A stretch of 64,000 bases of DNA from a bacterium. Lineage in GTDB: Bacteria; Zhuqueibacterota; Zhuqueibacteria; Oceanimicrobiales; Oceanimicrobiaceae. Positions within the stretch are counted from its first letter, which is position 1, and each line of letters opens with the position of its first letter. Where the stretch lies: assembly GCA_046757025.1 (NCBI GenBank), contig JBHHXN010000012.1:1-64000 (forward strand). Direction: 5' to 3'. Below the pieces are notes generated by a model. That model worked only from the letters and a program-made list of their open reading frames with translations. It made no database searches and was not told the origin of the DNA. This document shows positions 1 to 9,170 of the stretch, piece after piece. Position numbers and translations under genes: made by a program.

Positions 1-813
1 CCTTTATGTTAATAACTTAACTCAAATGATTTTTCGCAACGTCGGGACAACAGTGGAAAATGAATTTAACAAAGTAAGACACTGGTTGTGAATCCACAGC
101 CCCTTTTACCAAACAAAATTCAATTTAACAATCTGAACATTTTACTTGCGCTTTAACATTAAATTGTGTAACATGAACTTTCAAATGAAACAATTATTAG
201 AATTGAATGGATGTATTCAATATAGATACCCTCCTGAAGGGAGTGAACATTCCAGCACGATAATTTACTTATCTGCGAAAGCGTTGATAGGAAAAGTTAA
301 AAACGAGCAGAGCAACGGTGTCTCTGTTTTGCCGAAACGCACACCTGACCATCTCATGTAAAGTTGTCCTCCATTCCGAGTTATCCGCCGTTTTCGTGCA
401 CAGCGTGTTGCGCATCCTCTTGAGTAGTCAAAATGTTAAAATCAATTTCTCCTACTCAGGCAGTTCTACCAATTGTTTTTTAGAAATTTACATATTACTC
501 CCGGTAAATACGTTAGAAATCGTGCGTAAGCGGTTCCGCATGAGTGGTTCATTCGATTAAGACATCACCATGGGAAAACACACGAATGCCTGCATACGGG
601 CTCTTCTAAAAGCAAGCCCGCAACGCGTAGTCACAGAGATAGATTGCCGGATTCAGGAAAACCGCTTTCGCCGTGGTCATCTTAGAAAATCAGTATCTTG
701 AAATTTGTATTTTCAAAATCAGTCTCGTTCAAATTTTTCAATCGGTCGAGAAAGGAGGTGCAGGTCTGAACAACCGGCAAAATTTTTTGATGAGGCTTTC
801 TAAATAATGTAAC

Positions 814-972
814 AGACTATTGTGAAATTAGCCAAAACGACTTAATTCGAACTTCAACTGTCACTCCCGAATGCCGCGATGGGGAATCTTGTACTTAACA
901 AACCTGAAGATTCTTGCTCAAAGATGGTGGGAATGACCAATTCAGTTAAATTGATGAAACGAACAATAGTTT
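814..972. mobile_element. MITE-like element with terminal inverted repeats and internal REP-like palindrome
   Basis: Ends AGACTATTG (814) and CAATAGTTT (964-972); interior TGTCACTCCCGA...GGGGAATCT...GATTCTTGC...GGGAATGAC; a related copy lies at 39600-39763. Confidence 0.65.
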
Positions 973-1008
973 AGGAATTCACTTAAATCCAATTATGGAG
1001 GATCCGTT

Positions 1009-2496
1009 ATGAAAAATCATTTTAAATTATTCAGTTCAGTTGGAATGGTTGTTGTTTGTCTTGTGGGTTTTTTTATCATCGGTTGTCAGTCCCAAGCCGG
1101 TTCCCAGAAAGAAATCGCCATCACCACCAAATCGGACGAAGCTCGAAAAATATTCATCGAGGGACGCGAGCTGTTCGACAATATTCGCTTCGATGAAGCC
1201 CGAGAAGTTTTTTCTCAAGCCATCGCAAAAGATCCGGAATTTGCCCTCGCCCATCTTTACCGTTCATTCACCAGCACTTCGGCCATGGACTTTCAAAAAC
1301 ATCTCGAGCACGCCCTAAATCTGAAATCCCAGGTATCCGAAGGTGAAAAAATCATGATCCAAGCCATTCAAGCCAATGCGGACAACAATCCGATGAAAGG
1401 GATTGAATTGTTCGAGCAGTTAGCAAAGAATTTCCCGGAAGATAAACGCGTTCAAAGCTTTTTGGGGAATCTTTATGCCGGTCAGGATCAGGATGACAAA
1501 GCCATTGCGCGCTATGAAAACGCCATTGCCATCGATCAGGACTACTCTTCGCCTTATAATTCATTGGGTTATGCCTATCGAAAATTAGGCGAATATGAAA
1601 ACTCGGAAGAGGCGTTTAAAAATTACATCCGGCTCATCCCGGACGAAGCCAATCCCCACGATTCCATCGCCGATTTGTACACAAAAATGGGACGGTATGA
1701 AGATGCCATTCAGCATTATCAGATGGCCACAGATTTGAATCCCAATTTCACCATGTCGCAGCGCAAAATCGGCGACAATCTGATATTCATGGGCAAACAC
1801 GAAGCGGCCCGACAGGCTTATCGCAAAGCGTTAAATATGGAAACCACCGCCAATGCGAAACTCATCGACCTGGGAAGAATTGCCAATTCGTATGTCTATG
1901 AAGAAAAGCTGCAAGACGCCCAAAATGAAGCAGCCAATATCCTGAAGATGGCTTCTGCTGAAAATTTGCCGGAATGGCAAGCCGGGTATCACACAAACAA
2001 CTGCGCAGTTTTTCTGGAGATGGGCGATATGGATAAAGCGGAACAGAGTGTGGTGGAATGCAAAAAAGTCGTAATGAGCTCCGACCTCAGTCCCTCCACC
2101 AAAGAAGATTTCGCGAAAAATGCCCTGTTTGCTGAAGCGCGCATCGCCTCTAAACGCGGAGATTTTGAAACCGCCATGGCCAAAGCCGACGAGCTCAAGT
2201 CAAAAATCAACTTGAATGCGGATCCCAAAGAAATGGAAAATCATCACGAGCTCATGGGTTACATTTCCTACGATAAAGGGGATTATCAAAAAGCGGTTGA
2301 GCACTTTGATCAGGCTGACCAGGACAATCCGTATGCGCTTTATCATTTAGCTCTGGCTGAAGCCAAAACAGGCAATGATACGCGGGCAAATCAACTATTC
2401 AAAAAAGTGGCTGATTGGAATGAGAACAGCCTCGAATACGCTTTTGTGCGTTCACGAGCAAACATGGCGGTAAAAAAAGCCATGACCGCTAAATAG
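1009..2496 (+). CDS. Tetratricopeptide repeat lipoprotein
   Basis: GGAGG RBS; signal peptide with lipobox IIGC; multiple TPR helices (e.g. PYNSLGYAYRKLGEYENSEEAFKNYIRLIPD). Confidence 0.85.
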   Translation: MKNHFKLFSSVGMVVVCLVGFFIIGCQSQAGSQKEIAITTKSDEARKIFIEGRELFDNIRFDEAREVFSQAIAKDPEFALAHLYRSFTSTSAMDFQKHLEHALNLKSQVSEGEKIMIQAIQANADNNPMKGIELFEQLAKNFPEDKRVQSFLGNLYAGQDQDDKAIARYENAIAIDQDYSSPYNSLGYAYRKLGEYENSEEAFKNYIRLIPDEANPHDSIADLYTKMGRYEDAIQHYQMATDLNPNFTMSQRKIGDNLIFMGKHEAARQAYRKALNMETTANAKLIDLGRIANSYVYEEKLQDAQNEAANILKMASAENLPEWQAGYHTNNCAVFLEMGDMDKAEQSVVECKKVVMSSDLSPSTKEDFAKNALFAEARIASKRGDFETAMAKADELKSKINLNADPKEMENHHELMGYISYDKGDYQKAVEHFDQADQDNPYALYHLALAEAKTGNDTRANQLFKKVADWNENSLEYAFVRSRANMAVKKAMTAK

Positions 2497-2553
2497 TATT
2501 TTTCAGATTTTACTCTTCCGGCAGGAATCCTAAAACATAACCGAACACGAAAT

Positions 2554-2590
2554 AGAGCCTGGTCATCTGTGGCTGATCAGGTTCTAATTT
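2554..2590 (+). terminator. Possible intrinsic terminator hairpin
   Basis: AGAGCCTGGTCA...TGATCAGGTTCT imperfect stem between convergent genes; weak T tail. Confidence 0.35.
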
Positions 2591-2751
2591 GTGTCGGGCT
2601 AAAACCTCGAAAATCACGATAAAAATTTTTATAAGCGAAAGTGTCTCTTCGACAAAGCTCAGCACCGGTCCCACCGAGCCAAGAAGGCATGCTCCCTCTA
2701 CCAGGAAGCCTACGAGTTTATCGGGTCATTTTCGTTCAATCACTAATTAGC

Positions 2752-3105
2752 CTACCGCTCCACAATCGCTAAAATGTGGTTGAGCTGCCTCTTTTCATTT
2801 ATCAGGTTCTTTCGCCATCGGGCACTATCGGTGTGCCAGATCTCGCTGGCCTTTTCTTTTAAAGTTACTTGAATGCAATCTTCTAACGAATCCAACTGTT
2901 CTTGTGTGAGCTCGATCGAAATATCCGTTTGGGGTAATTTTTCAAGCATTCGCTCGATGGCGCTCAGATGCTTTTTTTTGCGCTTCAGTTCGGCTTTGTA
3001 AGGTGAAATCATGGCACGCCGGATCTCCATGTAATAATCGGCGATGCGACTTTTCAGGATGGGTAAAAGCACCCGATGTTCATTTAATGAAAGATTTAAT
3101 TGCAT
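2752..3105 (-). CDS. Hypothetical helical protein with internal two-fold repeat
   Basis: AGGAGG RBS; the two halves resemble each other (LSLNEHRVL..MEI...K.EL...K..L..I / LTQEQLDSL..SEI...RKNL...K..L..I). Confidence 0.7.
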   Translation of the reverse strand: MQLNLSLNEHRVLLPILKSRIADYYMEIRRAMISPYKAELKRKKKHLSAIERMLEKLPQTDISIELTQEQLDSLEDCIQVTLKEKASEIWHTDSARWRKNLINEKRQLNHILAIVER

Positions 3106-3385
3106 GGACGCACCTCCTAAACCTTATTGAATAAAAATGATCGCCTTAATATTTCAACCCGCAACAAACTTACAAGTTTCTGAAATTCATCAAAGATGAA
3201 CACATAAATCATGACGTCAGCTAATAACTCAAGCAAGTGTGTTCTGAGCGGTGCCGGCCGTAAAAAAGTCTCAATATACCTCTTCAATAAATTCTTGACT
3301 TATTGCAATTTATTTCTCATATTTAGAATCATTCCTTCTACAATTTGAAATTCATTTACAATCTAATTTAACACAAGAGGCGCTG

Positions 3386-4672
3386 ATGAATACCCATAGT
3401 TTTCACTTGTTAACAGTGATCGTACTTTTTTCACTGATTTTGTCTTGTTCCAAAAACGGTTCCGAAGCTCAGAATTTAAGTGAAGAACAATTAACGGTCA
3501 AAGCCAGAGAAATTCACAAACGCATCATCACCATCGACACTCACGATGACATCCCCTTCAACTTTGCCACAGAAGAAGTGGATCCGGGTGTTCGGGGTAA
3601 GAGGAAAGTGGATATCCCCAAAATGCAAGAGGGTGGTTTGGACGTGGGCTTTTTTATCGTTTATGTGGGACAATCGGCCCGCACAGCCGAAAATTATCAA
3701 AAAGCCAAAGAAGACGCCCTGACCAAGTTCCAGGCCATCCGCCGCATGGCAGAAGAAATGTACCCGGATAAGATCGAGCTAGCCTACAGTCCCGACGAAG
3801 TCGAACGCATTCACGCCAGCGGCAAACTGGTGGCGTGTATCGGCATCGAAAACGGATTTGTCATTGGCAAAGATTTGAGTTTACTGAAAAAATATCACGA
3901 CCTCGGTGGACGTTACATCACGCTGGCGCACAACGGCCACAACGATATCTGCGATTCGGCCAATCCCCGCGAGAATTTAGGAGATGCCAAAATTGAGCAC
4001 GATGGCGTAAGCGATTTTGGCGAGCAAGTCATCGCGGAAATGAATCGGCTGGGTATCATGGTCGATATTTCCCACATATCCAAAAAATCTATGCTGGACG
4101 CAGTGGCACTATCAGAGGCGCCAGTCATTGCTTCGCATTCCAGCGTGCGCGCGCTCTGCGATGTTCCGCGCAATCTCGATGATGAACAATTGCTGGCGTT
4201 GAAAAAAAACGGCGGCGTCATCCAGATGGTCGCGCTGGATGATTTCCTCAAAAAAAGCCCTCCAGAAAAGGAAGCCGCAATTCAAGCGCTGCGGGATGAA
4301 TTCGGTATTAAAAATTTCGCTACTTACCGTGCGCTTTCTGAAGAGAAAAAGCAAGAATACCGTCAACGCAGAGATGAATTGGACGAAAAGTGGCCGCGGG
4401 CAAATTTACAGGATTTCATGAGTCACATCGATTACGCAGTGCAGCTCATCGGCATCGACCATGTCGGCATTAGCTCGGATTTTGACGGCGGCGGCGGCAT
4501 CGTCGATTGGAACGACGCCAGTGAAACATTCAATGTCACGCTGGAGCTGGTTCGCAGAGGCTATTCAGAAGAAGAGATCGCCAAACTCTGGGGGGGCAAT
4601 CTGCTGCGGGTCTGGCGGGAAGTTGAACGCGTAGCTTCCGAACTGCAAAGCAGCGCTTCGACTGCAAAATAG
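3386..4672 (+). CDS. Membrane dipeptidase (peptidase family M19), lipoprotein
   Basis: DTHDD, GIENG, VDISH, ASHSS and DHVGISSDFDGG motifs; lipobox ILSC. Confidence 0.92.
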   Translation: MNTHSFHLLTVIVLFSLILSCSKNGSEAQNLSEEQLTVKAREIHKRIITIDTHDDIPFNFATEEVDPGVRGKRKVDIPKMQEGGLDVGFFIVYVGQSARTAENYQKAKEDALTKFQAIRRMAEEMYPDKIELAYSPDEVERIHASGKLVACIGIENGFVIGKDLSLLKKYHDLGGRYITLAHNGHNDICDSANPRENLGDAKIEHDGVSDFGEQVIAEMNRLGIMVDISHISKKSMLDAVALSEAPVIASHSSVRALCDVPRNLDDEQLLALKKNGGVIQMVALDDFLKKSPPEKEAAIQALRDEFGIKNFATYRALSEEKKQEYRQRRDELDEKWPRANLQDFMSHIDYAVQLIGIDHVGISSDFDGGGGIVDWNDASETFNVTLELVRRGYSEEEIAKLWGGNLLRVWREVERVASELQSSASTAK

Positions 4673-4844
4673 CTGGTCTTCAATTCAAACATAATTTATC
4701 GTCCACTGAATGAATTCCAAAATTTGATGACATCAACGCAAGCAGTCATCAACGCATGGAAAAACAGTCATTGATTTCATTGCTTGATAAAATGGTGAAT
4801 TGACTAAATTTAATATCCGGTTTCGAATGGGGAGCGAGCAAGCC

Positions 4845-5197
4845 ATGGATAATAAATTAAAACAATATCTCGTTGAAGAATTGGGTGAACTCACCTACGC
4901 AGAAAAACAGAACATTCAAAAAACGTTGAACTGGACATTTCTTGAAAAAGAGCTCACAAAAGTTTCCAAACAAATAAAGGCCACGATTGCACGCATATTT
5001 TTAACGGGATTGCTTGTGCGATCATCTTGTTCGAAACGGTATTTTTCAAGAACGTCACAAATACAATTGCCGCGAATATCCTTTTGTTAGCGCTCATATT
5101 TGTTGCGGCCATGGTTGGGGGTCATGATTTAATCAAACTGGAAAAACGAAAAATGATTTTTAAAATATTTTATAAATTTTCTAAAGAAACCGAATAG
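4845..5197 (+). pseudogene. Frameshifted small two-TM membrane protein (pseudogene or assembly indel)
   Basis: ORF from ATG 4845 (MDNKLKQY...) continues after a -1 shift near 4998-5018 as AIILFETVFFKNVTNTIAANILLLALIFVAAMVGGHDLIKLEKRKMIFKIFYKFSKETE* ending at TAG 5197. Confidence 0.55.
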
Positions 5198-5269
5198 TAA
5201 AGATAATTCGCTTCGCTCTGAAAGAATTCTCAAAAAGCAAAGTTATCAAACCATAAACGAGGTAGCGAG

Positions 5270-5602
5270 ATGGAAACCTATTATGAGCCATCTGATTTAG
5301 ACAAATTCAGCGATATCGGCAAAAATGCTCCGGAATTATGGCAAAAATTTTCCGATTGGTATGCCGCGGTTTTTCAAGAGGGGGCGCTCTCAGAACGCGA
5401 AAAAGCTCTGATCGCGCTGGCGGTAGCCCATACGGTTCAATGCCCGTACTGCATCGACGCCTACACACAGGCCGCGCTTGAAAAAGGCAGCAACAAAGAA
5501 CAAATGACGGAAGCCGTACATGTCGCTGCGGCCATTCGCGGCGGCGCTTCCTTAATCCACGGCCTCCAAATGCGGAAAGTAGTTGAACAAGTATCCATGT
5601 AA
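5270..5602 (+). CDS. AhpD/carboxymuconolactone decarboxylase-like protein of the type associated with ArsS radical SAM enzymes
   Basis: REKALIALAVAH.VQCPYCIDAY CxxC motif; N-terminal TYYEPSDL; directly upstream of the ArsS-like gene. Confidence 0.85.
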   Translation: METYYEPSDLDKFSDIGKNAPELWQKFSDWYAAVFQEGALSEREKALIALAVAHTVQCPYCIDAYTQAALEKGSNKEQMTEAVHVAAAIRGGASLIHGLQMRKVVEQVSM

Positions 5603-5618
5603 AATCAACAAGGTTAAT

Positions 5619-6656
5619 ATGTCATCAGAATTTACAAATCGAATTGCATCCCTGACAAAGCCTGAAAACCAGCTGCGCATCATCAACTGGGAAAGCGGCA
5701 TTTCGCTTTTCGATGAAAAACTCAGTGAAACCGGATTGCATCCCCTTTCAGCCAAAGGCATCGAAGTGTTCCAGGTGAATGTGGGCAAATTGTGCAATCA
5801 AACCTGTAAGCACTGTCATGTGGACGCCGGCCCCAAGCGCACAGAGATCATGACAAAAGAAACCATGCAGTGCTGTCTAACTGCGCTCGAAAATACGGAC
5901 ATCCCCACCGTCGATATCACCGGCGGCGCACCAGAAATGAATCCACATTTCAAGTGGTTTGTGACTGAAATCAAAAATCGTCAGCGTCATGTCATCGTCC
6001 GCTCAAATCTGACGATTCTGTTAAACGAGCCGTTTGAAGATTTTCCCGAATTTTTTAAGCAACATCAGGTGGAGGTGGTATCTTCGCTACCCTATTTTTT
6101 AGCAGAAAACACCGATGCGCAAAGAGGCCGGGGCGTGTTTGACAAATCCATCGCCGCCTTGAAACGCCTGAATGGTCTGGGTTATGGCCAACCCGATGGC
6201 GACTTAAAACTCAATCTCGTCTATAATCCCGTGGGAGCCTTTTTACCGCCATCGCAAGCAGCCATTGAAGCCGATTACAAACGCGAATTAAAATCACGGT
6301 ATGGCGTGGTATTCAATAATTTGTACACCATCACCAATATGCCCATCAGCCGATTTTTGGCCTTTTTAATCCGCTCAAACAATTACACCCGCTACATGCA
6401 TAAATTGCATGCCTCGTACAATCCCACTGCTGCCTCCAACGTCATGTGTCGAACCATGCTTTCGGTGAGCTGGGACGGCTTGTTGTATGATTGCGATTTT
6501 AATCAAATGTTGAATTTAACGGTCAACCACGGTGTACCTACGCACATTAATAATTTCGATCTTTCCATGTTAGCCCACCGCCGTATTGTCACCGGACAGC
6601 ACTGTTACGGATGTACTGCTGGCAGCGGTTCAAGTTGCGCCGGCACCATCGCATAG
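5619..6656 (+). CDS. arsS: Arsenosugar biosynthesis-type radical SAM protein (ArsS family)
   Basis: CNQTCKHC radical SAM motif, DITGGAPE, YDCDFNQM and C-terminal HCYGCTAGSGSSC; likely ATG at 5619 (ORF track starts at 5583). Confidence 0.85.
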   Translation: MSSEFTNRIASLTKPENQLRIINWESGISLFDEKLSETGLHPLSAKGIEVFQVNVGKLCNQTCKHCHVDAGPKRTEIMTKETMQCCLTALENTDIPTVDITGGAPEMNPHFKWFVTEIKNRQRHVIVRSNLTILLNEPFEDFPEFFKQHQVEVVSSLPYFLAENTDAQRGRGVFDKSIAALKRLNGLGYGQPDGDLKLNLVYNPVGAFLPPSQAAIEADYKRELKSRYGVVFNNLYTITNMPISRFLAFLIRSNNYTRYMHKLHASYNPTAASNVMCRTMLSVSWDGLLYDCDFNQMLNLTVNHGVPTHINNFDLSMLAHRRIVTGQHCYGCTAGSGSSCAGTIA

Positions 6657-6753
6657 CGGTTTATCATCGCCACAAAAAATAATATGATTATCAGCACTTG
6701 AAACCTTATTTGCTATTCTCCGGTTTATTCCATTCATCAACTGCATCCCTTGA

Positions 6754-7077
6754 AACCAATCACCGGACAGTAATCTTCTTTTGACAGGATAACAGGATTT
6801 TCAGGATTGACAGGATATTCCTGTAAATCTCAAAAGTTCGTGTTTATCAAAGTACTAGTTGTTTTCTTTAAATAATCAGGGCATAGAAAAAAATAAATTA
6901 ATGGGAAAAAAAATTTAAAGGCCTTATTTATTTAAAGAAAAATTCACCCATATTCATTTAGAAAATTGATTTGGTGATGAAACTAACGTTAAAGAAATTA
7001 TCATCTAGTTGCATCTTGTTTAATCCTGTAGTCCTGCCAAAAATATGCCAATTCTTTGATATCCCCTGTGATTGGTT
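6754..7077. mobile_element. MITE-like element with nested CAGGAT/ATCCTG repeats
   Basis: Outer IR AACCAATCAC(C/A)GG at both ends; four CAGGAT copies at ~6785-6816 and complementary ATCCTG/GTCCTG at ~7023-7036 around an AT-rich core. Confidence 0.55.
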
Positions 7078-7222
7078 ACCATCCCTTGGTGAACATCAAT
7101 TTATCTACGATATTAAATTTTCACAGAAAAGATTTCAATCCAAATAGAGCAATAATTTTTCAACTCCACAAGCAACCTTTCAAACAAACCTCCGTAGAAA
7201 GTGGTTATATTCAACAGGAGAA

Positions 7223-7399
7223 ATGAAATTCATGTTATTTGCCATATTAAAAACCGCGGTCATTTTATTGATTGCCGTACCGTTCATTTACATGTTTGTT
7301 GATGTTTTTGTCGATTTGCACAAACGCTCGTTTCATTTTTACAGACACAAAGCCAAACCCGTGGTGGTGAGCGTCTTGAGCACTTTTTCCAAATTCTAA
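7223..7399 (+). CDS. Small 58-aa single-TM membrane protein (not in ORF track)
   Basis: AGGAG RBS; MKFMLFAILKTAVILLIAVPFIYMFVDVFVDLHKRSFHFYRHKAKPVVVSVLSTFSKF*; followed by a strong terminator. Confidence 0.6.
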   Translation: MKFMLFAILKTAVILLIAVPFIYMFVDVFVDLHKRSFHFYRHKAKPVVVSVLSTFSKF

Positions 7400-7429
7400 A
7401 ATCAGCTTTCTAACCTCCATAAATAAGTG

Positions 7430-7467
7430 AAAAAAAACCGGCTCCGAAAACAGAGCCGGTTTTTTTT
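7430..7467. terminator. Bidirectional intrinsic terminator
   Basis: A8-CCGGCTC-cgaaaaca-GAGCCGG-T8. Confidence 0.85.
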
Positions 7468-7886
7468 CCACGCAGGACAATTCGTGTCTGACGAATACAC
7501 GGGATGGCGCTCTGTCAAGCCTCCCCGCTTGAAACAAAAACAATGGTTTAAATCGCACCTGTAAGAACATTCATTGAATTTCGTTCAGAAAGTACAATCC
7601 CTCTCCCGTTATGCACAAATCAATTCGATTCACGCCCATCAACTTTTCCCCCGTCTAAGTGGCCATGGCTGCATCTCACCTCAACTGAGGTTCAATAAAT
7701 TCTTTCCGTATCGAATCTTCTAAATATTTCCAAAATATTATATTAGCCGGCTTGCTTTTTAACATAAAAATCCTAATTTACCTGACATTGTGTATTAACC
7801 TTTATTCAGGGAACAATTTTCTCGATGAAGTTAGGAGCATCCTAAATTGTCTCCATTTCAAATAATTCGATGATCTGAGCAAACGC

Positions 7887-8852
7887 ATGCATAAGATATT
7901 TCATAAAATAAAGAGCTTACCGATTTTTATCTGCTTATTTTATGTTGTCATTTTCGCCTGTTCCGTCCCGGACAACGCAAGCGACGAACTGCAAATGAAC
8001 TGGCAACCGGTGGAATCATTGAACGCCAATTTACCTGACGGCGTGCGAGTTTACCGTGGGGAAAATAAATTGTTGCCGCTGCGCGCCTGGTATGTGGTCA
8101 TTGATGAACCGCATCCTGATATTGAGACCCGAGTGGTAGCCTCAGACGACCGCACCGACAATCGCGAAACCGTTAGCAGTTTTGCTCACGATCTGGGGGC
8201 TTGTGTAGTGGTCAACGGCGGTTATTTCACCATGAATAGACGGCCCGCCAGGCATGTGGGTTTGTTGCTGACGGACGGCAAAACCTGGCAACCTGCTACC
8301 CCTTCAGTTCGTCGGGACACGCTGCGCTATCAAACCGCGCGCGCCGCCATCGGTTTCACGGCAGACGACGAGGTCAACATCACCTGGGTGACCACGCGCA
8401 ATGATACCCACTATTCCTGGGCAACTCCACCCAAAAACCGGGCAGGCCAACCTGCGCCCCCGCTCGATTACTCCAACGCGCAACCCTGGCAGGTCCGAGA
8501 TGCCGTGAGCGGCGGACCTGCGCTACTGTTCAACAAAAGAATTCAAATCACCGCTGACGAAGAAGTGTTTTTCGGCACCTCCATTCCCAAAGTGCACCCG
8601 CGCACCGCGGCGGGCAAAACCGCCGAGGGCGCTCTCATCCTCATGGTGGTAGATGGCCGTCAGGCAGAAAGCAGGGGCGTCGATCTCCGGGAGCTGGCGA
8701 CACTGATGAAAGATGCGGGGGCAGTGGAGGCCATCAATTTAGACGGCGGCGGCTCTTCGACTCTGGTGGTGAACGACAAACTCATCAATCGGCCGGCCGG
8801 CGGCGTGCTCGAGCGCGAAGTGATGTCGGCGCTGGCCACTTTCTGTCAGTGA
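7887..8852 (+). CDS. Phosphodiester glycosidase family (NAGPA-like) lipoprotein
   Basis: VNGGYF, HPRTAAG, VVDGRQ and AINLDGGGSSTL motifs; lipobox IFAC. Confidence 0.88.
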   Translation: MHKIFHKIKSLPIFICLFYVVIFACSVPDNASDELQMNWQPVESLNANLPDGVRVYRGENKLLPLRAWYVVIDEPHPDIETRVVASDDRTDNRETVSSFAHDLGACVVVNGGYFTMNRRPARHVGLLLTDGKTWQPATPSVRRDTLRYQTARAAIGFTADDEVNITWVTTRNDTHYSWATPPKNRAGQPAPPLDYSNAQPWQVRDAVSGGPALLFNKRIQITADEEVFFGTSIPKVHPRTAAGKTAEGALILMVVDGRQAESRGVDLRELATLMKDAGAVEAINLDGGGSSTLVVNDKLINRPAGGVLEREVMSALATFCQ

Positions 8853-9170
8853 AAATACCTACCCGCCATCAAAGTAAATTCATCCGGATCCGAATCCGTG
8901 ACGGGAATTAGACGATTATAACCAGTGCAAAAAATCGGAAACCGGAAAACGCATCTCGTGGACTGGACATGCGCTCTCACATTCAAAATCTCCTTTTCTT
9001 TGATTCAATATTTTGCAATATTTCACTTTTCAATCAACAAATACGTTTTATTTCTAAGTTGCTTTTATAGGCTTATTGTTGTAAATTTCAGCAAATAAAA
9101 GGCAGATGTAAATGGCTATTTATTCAACTGATACGATGATTTATAACATCATGACAAAGGAGGAGAATCT

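Noticed and set aside
421..482. Minus-strand fragment KKQLVELPE*EKLILTF* resembling sigma factor region 4
   Set aside because: Too short and interrupted to distinguish from chance without a search
146..560. ORFs 146-361 and 318-560
   Set aside because: No RBS, no recognisable motifs, overlapping and atypical composition; probably non-coding
590..770. Hairpin plus strong AAAGGAGGTG as a riboswitch (e.g. Moco) or leader gene
   Set aside because: No conserved riboswitch core recognised and no suitable start codon with an ORF after the SD; needs an Rfam/Infernal scan
2646..2662. CTTCGACAAAGCTCAG REP-like half element
   Set aside because: Single short degenerate copy in this window; cannot support as a feature
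6781..6820. CAGGAT short repeats as a CRISPR array
   Set aside because: Units are only ~9-10 bp with no spacers and no cas genes; no CRISPR, tRNA or rRNA was recognised anywhere in the window
7035..7050. Sigma54-like TGGCATATTTTTGGCA on the minus strand
   Set aside because: Lies inside a MITE-like element and points at no gene
7265..7570. Minus-strand 101-aa ORF
   Set aside because: Runs through the terminator and is antisense to the better supported 58-aa ORF
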